NCBI GenBank assembly: GCA_038078835.1 | Contig: JBBTQI010000005.1 | Location: 43,901 to 107,900 of the forward strand | Reading direction: 5' to 3' | DNA: 64,000 nucleotides | Source of the DNA: Patescibacteria group bacterium | GTDB lineage: Bacteria > Patescibacteriota > UBA1384 > XYA2-FULL-43-10 > 1-14-0-10-43-13 | Shown here: positions 8,207 through 15,941 of the stretch, piece after piece | Position numbering within the stretch: the stretch's first letter is position 1 | How the letters are laid out: each line of letters opens with the position of its first letter | Translations under genes and position numbers: made by a program | The notes under the pieces: generated by a model | Database searches by the model: none | Told to the model about the DNA's origin: nothing | What the model saw: only the letters and a program-made list of their open reading frames with translations

Positions 8207-8683
8207 TTACTTAAGTTCGACTGTGGCGCCGGCGGCTTCAAGCTTAGCCTTGGCGGCTTCGGCCTCTTCCTTCTTGGCACCCTTTAAAACCTCTTTGGGT
8301 GCACTCTCCACCAAAGTCTTGGCCTCAACCAAACCAAGATCGGGCTTAACTTCGCGAACTGCCTTGATCACTTGGATCTTCTGGGCACCGGCGTTAGTCA
8401 GAACAACATCAAAGATCGTCTTCTCCTCAACTTCGGGCGCGGAGACGCCAGCGGCGGGAGCACCCGCCATAGCAACGGGCGCGGCGGCGGAGACACCGAA
8501 CCGATCCTCAAGCGCCTTGACCAGCTCAGACAACTCCAAAACCGACAAGCCCTCGATCTGCTTGATGAGATCGGCGAATTTACCCGAGAGTTCCCTCGAC
8601 TCCGCTCGGGATGAATCCTCCGGATTCACCTTCTTTTCTTCAACTACCTTAGTGGCAGTCTTAGTTTTTTCTTCCTCAGCCAT
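8207..8683 (-). CDS. rplL: 50S ribosomal protein L7/L12 with N-terminal extension
   Basis: [45 protein letters not shown]. Confidence 0.98.
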   Translation of the reverse strand: MAEEEKTKTATKVVEEKKVNPEDSSRAESRELSGKFADLIKQIEGLSVLELSELVKALEDRFGVSAAAPVAMAGAPAAGVSAPEVEEKTIFDVVLTNAGAQKIQVIKAVREVKPDLGLVEAKTLVESAPKEVLKGAKKEEAEAAKAKLEAAGATVELK

Positions 8684-8768
8684 AATACTTCCTTTCCGTC
8701 TAGCAATCTAGTATTTAGTAGGCTAGCTAATTAGCTAACTTGCTAGCACGCTAACTTGCTGAATAACT
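8679..8768 (-). repeat. TAGC-rich 90-bp cassette, copy A (includes rplL RBS and ATG)
   Basis: Near-identical to 60072..60162. Confidence 0.9.
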
Positions 8769-9285
8769 ATTTACTTTCCCGATAATTACTTAAAACATTA
8801 ACCAACCCCCGAATGTTCCCGGCCAGGACATTAACCAGACCCGACATTGGCGCGGCAACTGTTCCCACGACTCGAGCATAAAGCTCTTCGCGCGACGGCA
8901 AAGCCGCCAGACGCCCTACTCCCTCAACATCAATAAAGCGGCGCCCCAAGAGACCGCCCAGAATCTCAAGAAATTCGTGGCTCTTGGTATAAGTATTTAT
9001 CTCTTTAGCCGGCGCAACCTCGTCGGCGTGGGCAAAAGCAATGGCGATCGGTTTATCAAAAATATCCTCCGGCATCTCGATGCCCTCTTCTCTTAAGGCA
9101 ATCCGAGCCAGAGAAGCCTTAACAACATGAAAATCAATCTGCTGCTGATGCAATTTGCGGCGCAACTCCTCGGTCTCGCTAACCTTTAATCCCTTGTAAT
9201 CAACAACAACAGCCGACTTGGCACCGGAAAATTCACTCTTAAGTCGCCGAAGCTCATCTGCTTTTTGTTCCTTTGTCTTTGCCAT
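8767..9285 (-). CDS. rplJ: 50S ribosomal protein L10
   Basis: MAKTKEQK, VVVDYKGLKV, LAALPSREEL. Confidence 0.97.
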   Translation of the reverse strand: MAKTKEQKADELRRLKSEFSGAKSAVVVDYKGLKVSETEELRRKLHQQQIDFHVVKASLARIALREEGIEMPEDIFDKPIAIAFAHADEVAPAKEINTYTKSHEFLEILGGLLGRRFIDVEGVGRLAALPSREELYARVVGTVAAPMSGLVNVLAGNIRGLVNVLSNYRESK

Positions 9286-9299
9286 ACAGTTCCTTAAAC

Positions 9300-9403
9300 A
9301 AAAAATCCTGCCGGTGCAGGAAACATAAGCAAAAACACTTATATTGTCTCCTGCACAAGGTTGAAAGTTTAATTCGCCACAGCGAACCTTGTGGTCTTGG
9401 GAA
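9300..9403 (-). promoter_or_regulatory. L10 leader RNA
   Basis: CCCAAGACCACAAGG..hairpin..TTAA..CCTTGTGCAGG upstream of rplJ; promoter TTGACA-17-TAAATT at 9442-9414. Confidence 0.7.
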
Positions 9404-9442
9404 TTCAATTGCTAATTTACCAAAACCGGGGGCAATTGTCAA

Positions 9443-10258
9443 TTATTTCTTGGTGCTCTTGATATCCATCTTTATACTCGGACCCATCGAAGTCGTCAGA
9501 AAGAGCGAATCGATTCGGCGCGGCAAATGACCAAGAAGAGCGTCGATGTTCTGTTTGATTCTCTCGGGACCAAAGGAGATTTTGCCGACCGGCATATGAA
9601 CAATATTAAATTTATCTGCCCGGTACTCAACCTTGCCGCCCTTGAGTTCGGAGATGGCCGCCGGAACATCGGCGGCGGCGGTTCCGGCTTTGAGCGAGGG
9701 CATCAACCCCTTTGGACCGAGCGTTTTGGCGACAGCCGCCAACTTGGGCATAACTTTTAAATCAGCCACCAAAAGATCGAAATCAATCTCGCCGCGCTTG
9801 ACTTTGGCGACTAGCTCATCAATATTTTTTTCAGTCGCACCAAAAATCCTCTTCTCTTTGGCCACGCCGCCCGGAAATGTGACTGTGCCGCGGATATTTT
9901 TTTCCTTTTCGTTAACCTTGGCGTGCAGTTCGACTGTGGCATCGAATTTGGCCGGTGAGGTTTGGAGAGCAAGATCGATTGCCTCTGCGACCAGATACTC
10001 TCTCTCCGCCTCAATCCGGCCGGCCAGGGTCCGATAGCGCTTGCCGTGGAGCAACCGCTTGGGCTGTTCGGTTGCCGTTGGTTCTGCCGCCTTCTCCGCC
10101 TTCTCCGCCTTCTCCTCTTTTTCGGCTTTCTTAATTTCTTCCCTCTTAACTTCTTCGGTTTCTTTGCGCTCCCTTTCCCGCTCCTCCGCCTCCTTGAGAA
10201 TCTTCTTTTCGTCGCCAACCTCATCCGGGACAATTTCCTTAACCTTTTTGCGAGCCAT
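9443..10258 (-). CDS. rplA: 50S ribosomal protein L1 with charged N-terminal extension
   Basis: AKFDATVELH, LGPKGLMPS, TTSMGPSIK. Confidence 0.97.
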   Translation of the reverse strand: MARKKVKEIVPDEVGDEKKILKEAEERERERKETEEVKREEIKKAEKEEKAEKAEKAAEPTATEQPKRLLHGKRYRTLAGRIEAEREYLVAEAIDLALQTSPAKFDATVELHAKVNEKEKNIRGTVTFPGGVAKEKRIFGATEKNIDELVAKVKRGEIDFDLLVADLKVMPKLAAVAKTLGPKGLMPSLKAGTAAADVPAAISELKGGKVEYRADKFNIVHMPVGKISFGPERIKQNIDALLGHLPRRIDSLFLTTSMGPSIKMDIKSTKK

Positions 10259-10355
10259 CTTATCTCCCTGTGGTACCAGCGATCACTCTTGCGATCTCCC
10301 ACATTAATTTGTGATACTCAAGTCTAACATATCTAGAACAACGAATCAAGATGGA

Positions 10356-10982
10356 CTAGACAACTTGAACGGTATGAGCTGGTATCTCGCTCTCCTTCTG
10401 CCCCAAAAAGGGCACGATGTATTCAATAACTTCATCCGTGATTCGCGCCAAAATGGGCGTCTCCCGATCCGAAAACGGCTGAAGAACAAAGCTGGCCGTA
10501 TCAATTTGAGTGTCGGGGCTCTGATCTTTCGCAACATTACCCCTGAGCTCAGAGATCCCCAGGCGGATCCGGGTAAACTCATCCGTACCCAACAGGTCGA
10601 TAATATTCTGCAGACCTTTGTGTCCGCCGCTTCCGCCGCCGTGGCGGACGCGGGCGTAACCCAGCGGCAGATCAACATCGTCGCTGACAACAATGATGTC
10701 CGCCGGAGCGATTTTGTAAAAGTTAATAATTTTTCTCACGGCCTCGCCGGAGAGATTCATAAAAGTTTGCGGTTTGACCAGCAGCACATCCTCGCCGTCA
10801 GCACTTGTTTTAATAATCTCGGCCCTAAAATCTTTTTTAAGCTCAAATAAGCAGGGTCCCGTTGCCGGTGCCAATTCGGGATGTTTGGCCAGTTTAGTCA
10901 CAAAGTAAAATCCGGCATTATGGCGCGTGCCGTCGTACTGCTCCCCCGAGTTTCCCAATCCGACTATTATTTTCATTATCAC
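10356..10982 (-). CDS. pth: Peptidyl-tRNA hydrolase
   Basis: IVGLGN, TRHNAGF, KPQTFMNLSG, GSGGHKGL. Confidence 0.97.
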   Translation of the reverse strand: MIMKIIVGLGNSGEQYDGTRHNAGFYFVTKLAKHPELAPATGPCLFELKKDFRAEIIKTSADGEDVLLVKPQTFMNLSGEAVRKIINFYKIAPADIIVVSDDVDLPLGYARVRHGGGSGGHKGLQNIIDLLGTDEFTRIRLGISELRGNVAKDQSPDTQIDTASFVLQPFSDRETPILARITDEVIEYIVPFLGQKESEIPAHTVQVV

Positions 10983-11284
10983 AATCCGGGGATGTTGAGG
11001 TTGCCCATCACGCCCTTCATCTTCTCGGCGGCGTGAGCTTGGGCGCGGGCAACAGCCTGCGAAACGGTGTTTTTAATCTCCTTCTCCAACTCTCTTTTAT
11101 TTTCCGGCCGAAGCGCGTTCTCGTCAATATCAATCTCCGTCATATGCTGTTCGCCATTAAAAATAACGGTGACCCAACCGCTATTGCTCTTTGCCTCGAT
11201 CTCGGTCTCTTTTAGTTCCTTCTGAATCTGGCGCGCTTTCTTTTGCAGCTCATACAGATCCTTCATCTTGCCAAAATCAACCAT
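10979..11284 (-). CDS. ybaB: YbaB/EbfC nucleoid-associated protein
   Basis: LQKKARQIQKEL, SGWVTVIFNG; typical size. Confidence 0.9.
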   Translation of the reverse strand: MVDFGKMKDLYELQKKARQIQKELKETEIEAKSNSGWVTVIFNGEQHMTEIDIDENALRPENKRELEKEIKNTVSQAVARAQAHAAEKMKGVMGNLNIPGL

Positions 11285-11294
11285 AAAACTCCTT

Positions 11295-11975
11295 TTATAT
11301 CGGTTTAATAATTTTTGAAACAGCGAATATGATTATACTTAAACCGAGACTTAAAATCAACAAAATGACAACAGTCGAGAGAACGAGAGCGAGTTGATCG
11401 GGAATGTAGGGGGTGATATCGGGGCGAATGCTGGTGTAACGATAGAGACCATAACCGATCAGGCCAAGTAATCCGACCGTAAAAGCAATGTTCATTAAAT
11501 CCTGGGCGCTCGGATTCATTGTCACTGTAATTGAGAGCAAAAGGTAGACCAGAATTAGCGTCTTCTTGCTCTCCATATCGAGACTGCGGGCTAAATCAAT
11601 GATATGATTAAGTATGCTCTGGTATGAAAAGTTCACAACATCAAACTCAACCTGCCTAAAACCGATAAATTTGGAGAGGACATAGATTGCCGCCACCCCC
11701 ACAACCAGCGGTGCCAGCGAGATAATAATCTGGCCGAAGATCGGGACCTTGGGCCGCTTGTGCTCGACACTGCCGCCCTTAGGATCAAAAAGATTAACGG
11801 CGTGGAGCTTGGCCCCGGTCAGCAGGCAGGCAGTGGTATGAGCCATCTCGTGAAGTATGACGCCGGGCGCGACAAACCAGCGGTAACGGCCGCCCAAAAG
11901 AGAACGCGACAAGAAGAAGTCGATCATTATAGCAATGACCGGTATCGCTCCCAATAATATCGCTATTTCCTTCAT
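11295..11975 (-). CDS. Membrane metallopeptidase, M50-like
   Basis: PGVILHEMAH (HExxH), ISLAP, multiple TM helices. Confidence 0.8.
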   Translation of the reverse strand: MKEIAILLGAIPVIAIMIDFFLSRSLLGGRYRWFVAPGVILHEMAHTTACLLTGAKLHAVNLFDPKGGSVEHKRPKVPIFGQIIISLAPLVVGVAAIYVLSKFIGFRQVEFDVVNFSYQSILNHIIDLARSLDMESKKTLILVYLLLSITVTMNPSAQDLMNIAFTVGLLGLIGYGLYRYTSIRPDITPYIPDQLALVLSTVVILLILSLGLSIIIFAVSKIIKPI

Positions 11976-12118
11976 CACCCCTCCTAAGCACACAAACTAG
12001 GTAGCCCAAACCCAGCTTACCAAATATTAACCAGGGAGGCAATTTTACTTTAAAGGTGTGTGCAGATAAGCAATGAGGCAATGAGAATGAGTGTGAGGGG
12101 AGAGTGAGGCAAGAGTGA

Positions 12119-12852
12119 GGGGACGGTTCTCTTTTAGATACAGTTTTACACTTTTTAAGTCTTTATCTTCCGATCTATCTTGTCTTGTTCTCTATAACGT
12201 TGAATGTCGCTACCCCAGATGGGTTTCCGATATGATTCCTCGATTATTTGAGCAACGAGCAATCCTTGGTAGTTGGTTTGTCGCTCCGCTTCGTTCTTTC
12301 CCATTGCCTCGTACATGAAATCAGGTGTGATAAGAGGATTTTTCTCACCCATAGAATAAAATCGATAACTGGAGTAAAGATACTCCTCTGGACTTTTTGC
12401 CAGATCGGCTCTGATTGGATTGAGTTCAATATATTTTCCGCACTGGATAAAGTAAGCATCTTTGCCAATAGTTTGGCTTTTAAAACGATCCTGCCAAAAG
12501 TGGCCCACCCAATTATATTTTTGTTGGTAATGGTGAAAATATGCCAAGTTTATTTTTTTCATAAAGACAGAGAACTCGCTGGCATGCTTTGTCTGAATCT
12601 GAAAATGGGTATGCGTTGGCATAAGACAATAATGATAGAGGTCAAAAGGGTGTTCTATCTTGTATTTCGCAAGTAATTCCAAATAGTACAAGTAGTCATC
12701 GGGCGACCTAAAGACAACACTGCGGTTATTGCCTCGCGTCATAATATGATAGTAACTTTGTGACAAGAGAAGCCTTTTTGCCCTGGGCATATAGCAATAA
12801 TACCAAGATTGACAAAAAAGTGTAATTTTGTAATCAAAAGAGAACCGTCCCC
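12119..12852 (-). mobile_element. IR-flanked RAYT/Y1 transposase element
   Basis: Imperfect inverted repeats of about 43 bp (GGGGACGGTTCTCTTTT..TACA..TTACACTTTTT..GTC) at 12119-12161 and about 12811-12852. Confidence 0.85.
12155..12790 (-). CDS. REP-associated tyrosine transposase (HUH Y1, IS200-like)
   Basis: MPRAKR, YHIMTRGNNR, YCLMPTHTH (HUH), GHFWQDRFKS, YIELNPIRA, YSSY. Confidence 0.93.
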   Translation of the reverse strand: MPRAKRLLLSQSYYHIMTRGNNRSVVFRSPDDYLYYLELLAKYKIEHPFDLYHYCLMPTHTHFQIQTKHASEFSVFMKKINLAYFHHYQQKYNWVGHFWQDRFKSQTIGKDAYFIQCGKYIELNPIRADLAKSPEEYLYSSYRFYSMGEKNPLITPDFMYEAMGKNEAERQTNYQGLLVAQIIEESYRKPIWGSDIQRYREQDKIDRKIKT

Positions 12853-12893
12853 TTTCCGCAGTCCCCTTTCCGCAAGCGTCCCCTTTCCGCAAG
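12847..12893. repeat. Tandem repeat (GTCCCCTTTCCGCA) x3 at the element end
   Basis: Directly visible. Confidence 0.85.
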
Positions 12894-12898
12894 CTTCC

Positions 12899-12955
12899 TG
12901 AGGCAGAATCAGTGATTGCTTTGTAGTTTAAAATTCTAAATTTGTTGAGCTTCAT
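12899..12955 (-). pseudogene. N-terminal stub of an AAA/ABC-type ATPase (OLD/SMC-like) cut by the transposase element
   Basis: MKLNKFRILNYKAITDS resembles the first strand of such ATPases; start overlaps the endonuclease stop. Confidence 0.6.
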
Positions 12956-13752
12956 AGAATTATAGTTTGCTTTTCATATAATATTGGCAAAGCGTCCTGC
13001 CTCATACGAAATTTTGTGCCGTGGTTATGGCCGGTGCGGGCGTCGAAATCCACAAGAATTTTTCCTTCTTCCAGCGCTTTCAAAAATCCTTCAAAACTGA
13101 ATTTCTGCAACATCATCACTTTTGTGTAATGATAAAATTCTTTTTTCCGAACGATTTTGACTTCGGCTTGAACATAAAAACAGTTCAGCAATTTTGTTCC
13201 CGCTTTGTGTTTCAAGTCATCAAAACCCCAATACGGTTGTGGATTTAATTCACTTAGACCGACCCTCTTTTTGACTAATTTTTTCCAACCGGAATGTTTT
13301 TCAGCTATTTTTTTGCTGTTGAAAGAAATTAAAACCTTCTGCTCCTTTTTGTCTATCTTCACAAAAAACCCTCGGTCGGAAACCGATGAACCACAGATTG
13401 TTTGCCTAAAACTCATTTCTTCAGATTTATATTTTGTCCCGGCTTCTTGGTGCCCCCAGCCATAAAGGGGTAAAAGAATTTTTGGGACAAATCCTACTGC
13501 TCGAGGTGATGGCTCCATATGAAAAAGTGTTGTGAGAGAACAGGTATTTATCCTCTGGGTCTTGAGTTCCCACTCTGCTGCGTTTGGAATTGGTAAATTA
13601 TTTTCCTGTATCCCGAGTAAATCCTCAAGCGTATTACCAATTCCACCGCTATTACCATGTCTCGCATTTGGAATCCAACCCTTTTTAACAATTTCCTTGA
13701 ACTTTTCAATGAGTGATTCTTTGGAAAATAGTACCGGTTTCTTTATCATCAC
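12952..13752 (-). CDS. MvaI/BcnI family type II restriction endonuclease
   Basis: GGIGNTLEDLLGIQENN, WELKT, TTLFHMEP, DFDARTGHNHGTKFR. Confidence 0.92.
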   Translation of the reverse strand: MMIKKPVLFSKESLIEKFKEIVKKGWIPNARHGNSGGIGNTLEDLLGIQENNLPIPNAAEWELKTQRINTCSLTTLFHMEPSPRAVGFVPKILLPLYGWGHQEAGTKYKSEEMSFRQTICGSSVSDRGFFVKIDKKEQKVLISFNSKKIAEKHSGWKKLVKKRVGLSELNPQPYWGFDDLKHKAGTKLLNCFYVQAEVKIVRKKEFYHYTKVMMLQKFSFEGFLKALEEGKILVDFDARTGHNHGTKFRMRQDALPILYEKQTIIL

Positions 13753-13757
13753 GCTCC

Positions 13758-14510
13758 TTATATTAGCTTACCCTGAGCAGTATGTTTTTTTATTCTCTCT
13801 TCTGCCATTTTGCAGTACTCTGGCGATACATCTATTCCGATATAGTTCCGATTAAAATTAATCGCAGACAGAGCAGTCGTACCTGAACCCATAAATGGAT
13901 CGAGGACTACATTTGCATTTGTTGAGGAAATTATGCGGTTGATTAGCTTTACAGGAAAAGGTGCGGGGTGGCCATTTTTCATTTCTTGGGTAAATTCCCA
14001 AATATCACCATAAGCATTAGCCTTAGGAGACAGTTTAAATTTGGGCTTAGCAATCAAATAGATAACTTCGTAAGTCGGTAAAAAATATCCGGCGTTGAAG
14101 TTGAGCCCGCCTTTTCTTTTCCAAATGATAATTTGCCTTACAGGAAAGCCGCTAACTATATCTTGACGATCTTGCAAAAGTCCTGCTTGCACCCTCCATT
14201 TATGGTTATAAAAAATGGCTCCATTCTCGGGAATAATACGCATTGCCTCATTCAGAAATTCTCTTTGCCATTGAGCGTATAACTCGTGGGGCATATTGTC
14301 ATCATAATTTGCGTATCCTTTTTGCAAAGCAGCATTTGCCCATTTGCCGCCACGCCCATCTTTCATACCATTACCGGTTGAATTCTTTAAATTATATGGC
14401 GGTGAAGTGATTACCAAGTCAACTACTCCATTAGGAATCTGCTTCATCACTTCAACGACATCACCACAGATTATTTTGTTGATAAAATCATCCGGATATT
14501 TCATTTTCAC
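13758..14510 (-). CDS. Beta-class DNA methyltransferase (probably N4-cytosine)
   Basis: ITSPPY motif IV before HPAPFP and VLDPFMGSGTT motif I. Confidence 0.93.
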   Translation of the reverse strand: MKMKYPDDFINKIICGDVVEVMKQIPNGVVDLVITSPPYNLKNSTGNGMKDGRGGKWANAALQKGYANYDDNMPHELYAQWQREFLNEAMRIIPENGAIFYNHKWRVQAGLLQDRQDIVSGFPVRQIIIWKRKGGLNFNAGYFLPTYEVIYLIAKPKFKLSPKANAYGDIWEFTQEMKNGHPAPFPVKLINRIISSTNANVVLDPFMGSGTTALSAINFNRNYIGIDVSPEYCKMAEERIKKHTAQGKLI

Positions 14511-14614
14511 TCTACCCTCACTAAACTGACCTGACCGATACCGAGGCGGCTAAATTAGAAACAGATTAATTTGGTGGACTGGGAGGGACTCGGACCCTCT
14601 ACCTCCGCAATGCG

Positions 14615-14719
14615 CCCCGTACCACATTGGTGGACTTAGCGAGAATCGGACTCGCGTCTCCACAATGCGAATGTGGCGTCGTACCACTAGACCATAAGCC
14701 CAAGTGGGTACGGGGTAAA
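14615..14719 (-). mobile_element. 105-bp IR-bounded insertion carrying a tRNA gene
   Basis: TTTACCCCGTACCCAC..[tRNA]..GTGGTACGGGG. Confidence 0.7.
14628..14701 (-). tRNA. tRNA-Ala(CGC), intact inner copy
   Basis: GGGCTTATGGTCTAGTGGTACGACGCCACATT-CGC-ATTGTGGAGACGCGAGTCCGATTCTCGCTAAGTCCACCA; G3:U70, encoded CCA. Confidence 0.92.
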
Positions 14720-14743
14720 AATGCAGCGTTCTAAATTTAAATA

Positions 14744-15778
14744 TTAATTACCAGCCCCTAACTTTGCTTGCCACTTGAGCTCGGCTTCGATGAAGGGATC
14801 GATCTCGCCGAGTAAAACCTTATCGGGATCTTTGGATTCATAATTCGTCCGATGGTCCTTAACCAATTTATAGGGATGCAGGACGTAGGAGCGAATCTGA
14901 TTCCCCCACTCCGGCGCCGCAAATTCACCCCGGATCTCCTCGATCTTCTCCCGCCGCTGATCAAGCATCAGTTTGGCCAGACGGGAACGCAAAACCTTGA
15001 GGGCATTCTCCTTATTTTGGAGCTGACTTCGCTCGTTTTGGCAAGTGACAACAATGCCGGTCGGCAGGTGGGTCAGCCGCACCGCCGAATCAGTCGTGTT
15101 AACGGATTGGCCGCCGTGACCGCTGGCCCGAAAGACATCAACCCGCAGATCCTTGGGGTCAATACTTATCTCCCTGTCTGTTTCGATCTCGGGCAAAACC
15201 TCAACCAGCGCGAAGGAGGTTTGACGCAGGGCCTTGGCGTTAAAGGGCGACTGCCGCACCAGGCGATGGACACCGGACTCGCCCTTGAGCTTGCCAAAAA
15301 CGTAAGAGCCGGCAATCTCCAAGGTGGCACTTTTAATACCCGCCTCGCCGCCGCTTGACCGGTCAAGGATTTGGGCCGCCAGATTGTTCTGCTCGGCCCA
15401 GCGCAGATACATCTCAAAAAGCATCTCCGTCCAGTCCTGAGCATCAACGCCACCCGCGCCGGCATAGAAGTTAAGGAGGGCATTGTGATCGTCGTACTTG
15501 CCGCCAAGATAAGTATAAATCTCAAGCTCGGCGATCTCAGCGTGAAGCGCCGCCAGCTCCTCTGGCGAGGCAATTTGGGCAATCTCATAAATATCGTCAA
15601 ACTTTCTGATCTCTTCCCCGAGTTTCTTGAGTTCCTGCGACTTGGCCTGGGCCGTTTTTTCGTCCAACCAAAAATCAGACGATTGCATCTCTGCCTCGAT
15701 CGCCGCAACCATGGATTTCTTTTCATCAATTTTCAAAATGTCTCGCAACTCCTCGAGACGATTTTTGATGTCGGTCAT
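14744..15778 (-). CDS. prfB: Peptide chain release factor 2
   Basis: GVHRLVRQSPF (SPF), SGHGGQSVN, WGNQIRSYVLHPY. Confidence 0.98.
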   Translation of the reverse strand: MTDIKNRLEELRDILKIDEKKSMVAAIEAEMQSSDFWLDEKTAQAKSQELKKLGEEIRKFDDIYEIAQIASPEELAALHAEIAELEIYTYLGGKYDDHNALLNFYAGAGGVDAQDWTEMLFEMYLRWAEQNNLAAQILDRSSGGEAGIKSATLEIAGSYVFGKLKGESGVHRLVRQSPFNAKALRQTSFALVEVLPEIETDREISIDPKDLRVDVFRASGHGGQSVNTTDSAVRLTHLPTGIVVTCQNERSQLQNKENALKVLRSRLAKLMLDQRREKIEEIRGEFAAPEWGNQIRSYVLHPYKLVKDHRTNYESKDPDKVLLGEIDPFIEAELKWQAKLGAGN

Positions 15779-15837
15779 ACGATCACATTCTATCAAATCT
15801 GAAACAAAAAATCACCCTTCGACTGCTTGCTATTGTT

Positions 15838-15864
15838 GGATCCCGCATCAAGTGCGGGATAACA
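15838..15864. repeat. REP-like palindrome
   Basis: GGATCCCGCATCAAGTGCGGGATAACA. Confidence 0.8.
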
Positions 15865-15897
15865 AAAGGGTAAATCAGGGTGACTTTTATCGTTATT

Positions 15898-15935
15898 CAC
15901 CTCCGAGGTGTTTGGGCACATTCATCTCGGAGGTG
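15898..15935. repeat. 38-bp doublet palindrome (CACCTCCGAGGTG x2)
   Basis: Second copy lies inside cysS at 23249..23286. Confidence 0.85.
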
Positions 15936-15941
15936 TTTTAA

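Larger units (their letters stand above)
14572..14757 (-). pseudogene. Outer tRNA-Ala(CGC), interrupted in the anticodon loop, D-arm degenerate
   Basis: 5' half GGGCTGGTA..TAGAACGCTGCATT (14757-14720) and 3' half CGCATTGCGG..GAGGGTCCGAGTCCCTCCCAGTCCACCA (14614-14572); acceptor stem with G3:U70 and anticodon stem both pair. Confidence 0.75.

Noticed and set aside
8701-8768. CRISPR array in the TAGC-rich or heptamer repeats
   Set aside because: No regular repeat-spacer period and no cas genes.
12155-12955. 266-aa ORF as the native transposase
   Set aside because: The first ~55 codons cross the tandem repeat and IR; the family-typical start is MPR at 12790.
14572-14614. tRNA 3' half read as an att-site duplication of an integrated island
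   Set aside because: Its T stem and acceptor strand differ from the intact tRNA, and it pairs with a separate 5' half at 14720..14757.
14615-14719. Group I intron in tRNA
   Set aside because: Only 105 nt, almost all tRNA plus inverted repeat; no room for a catalytic core.
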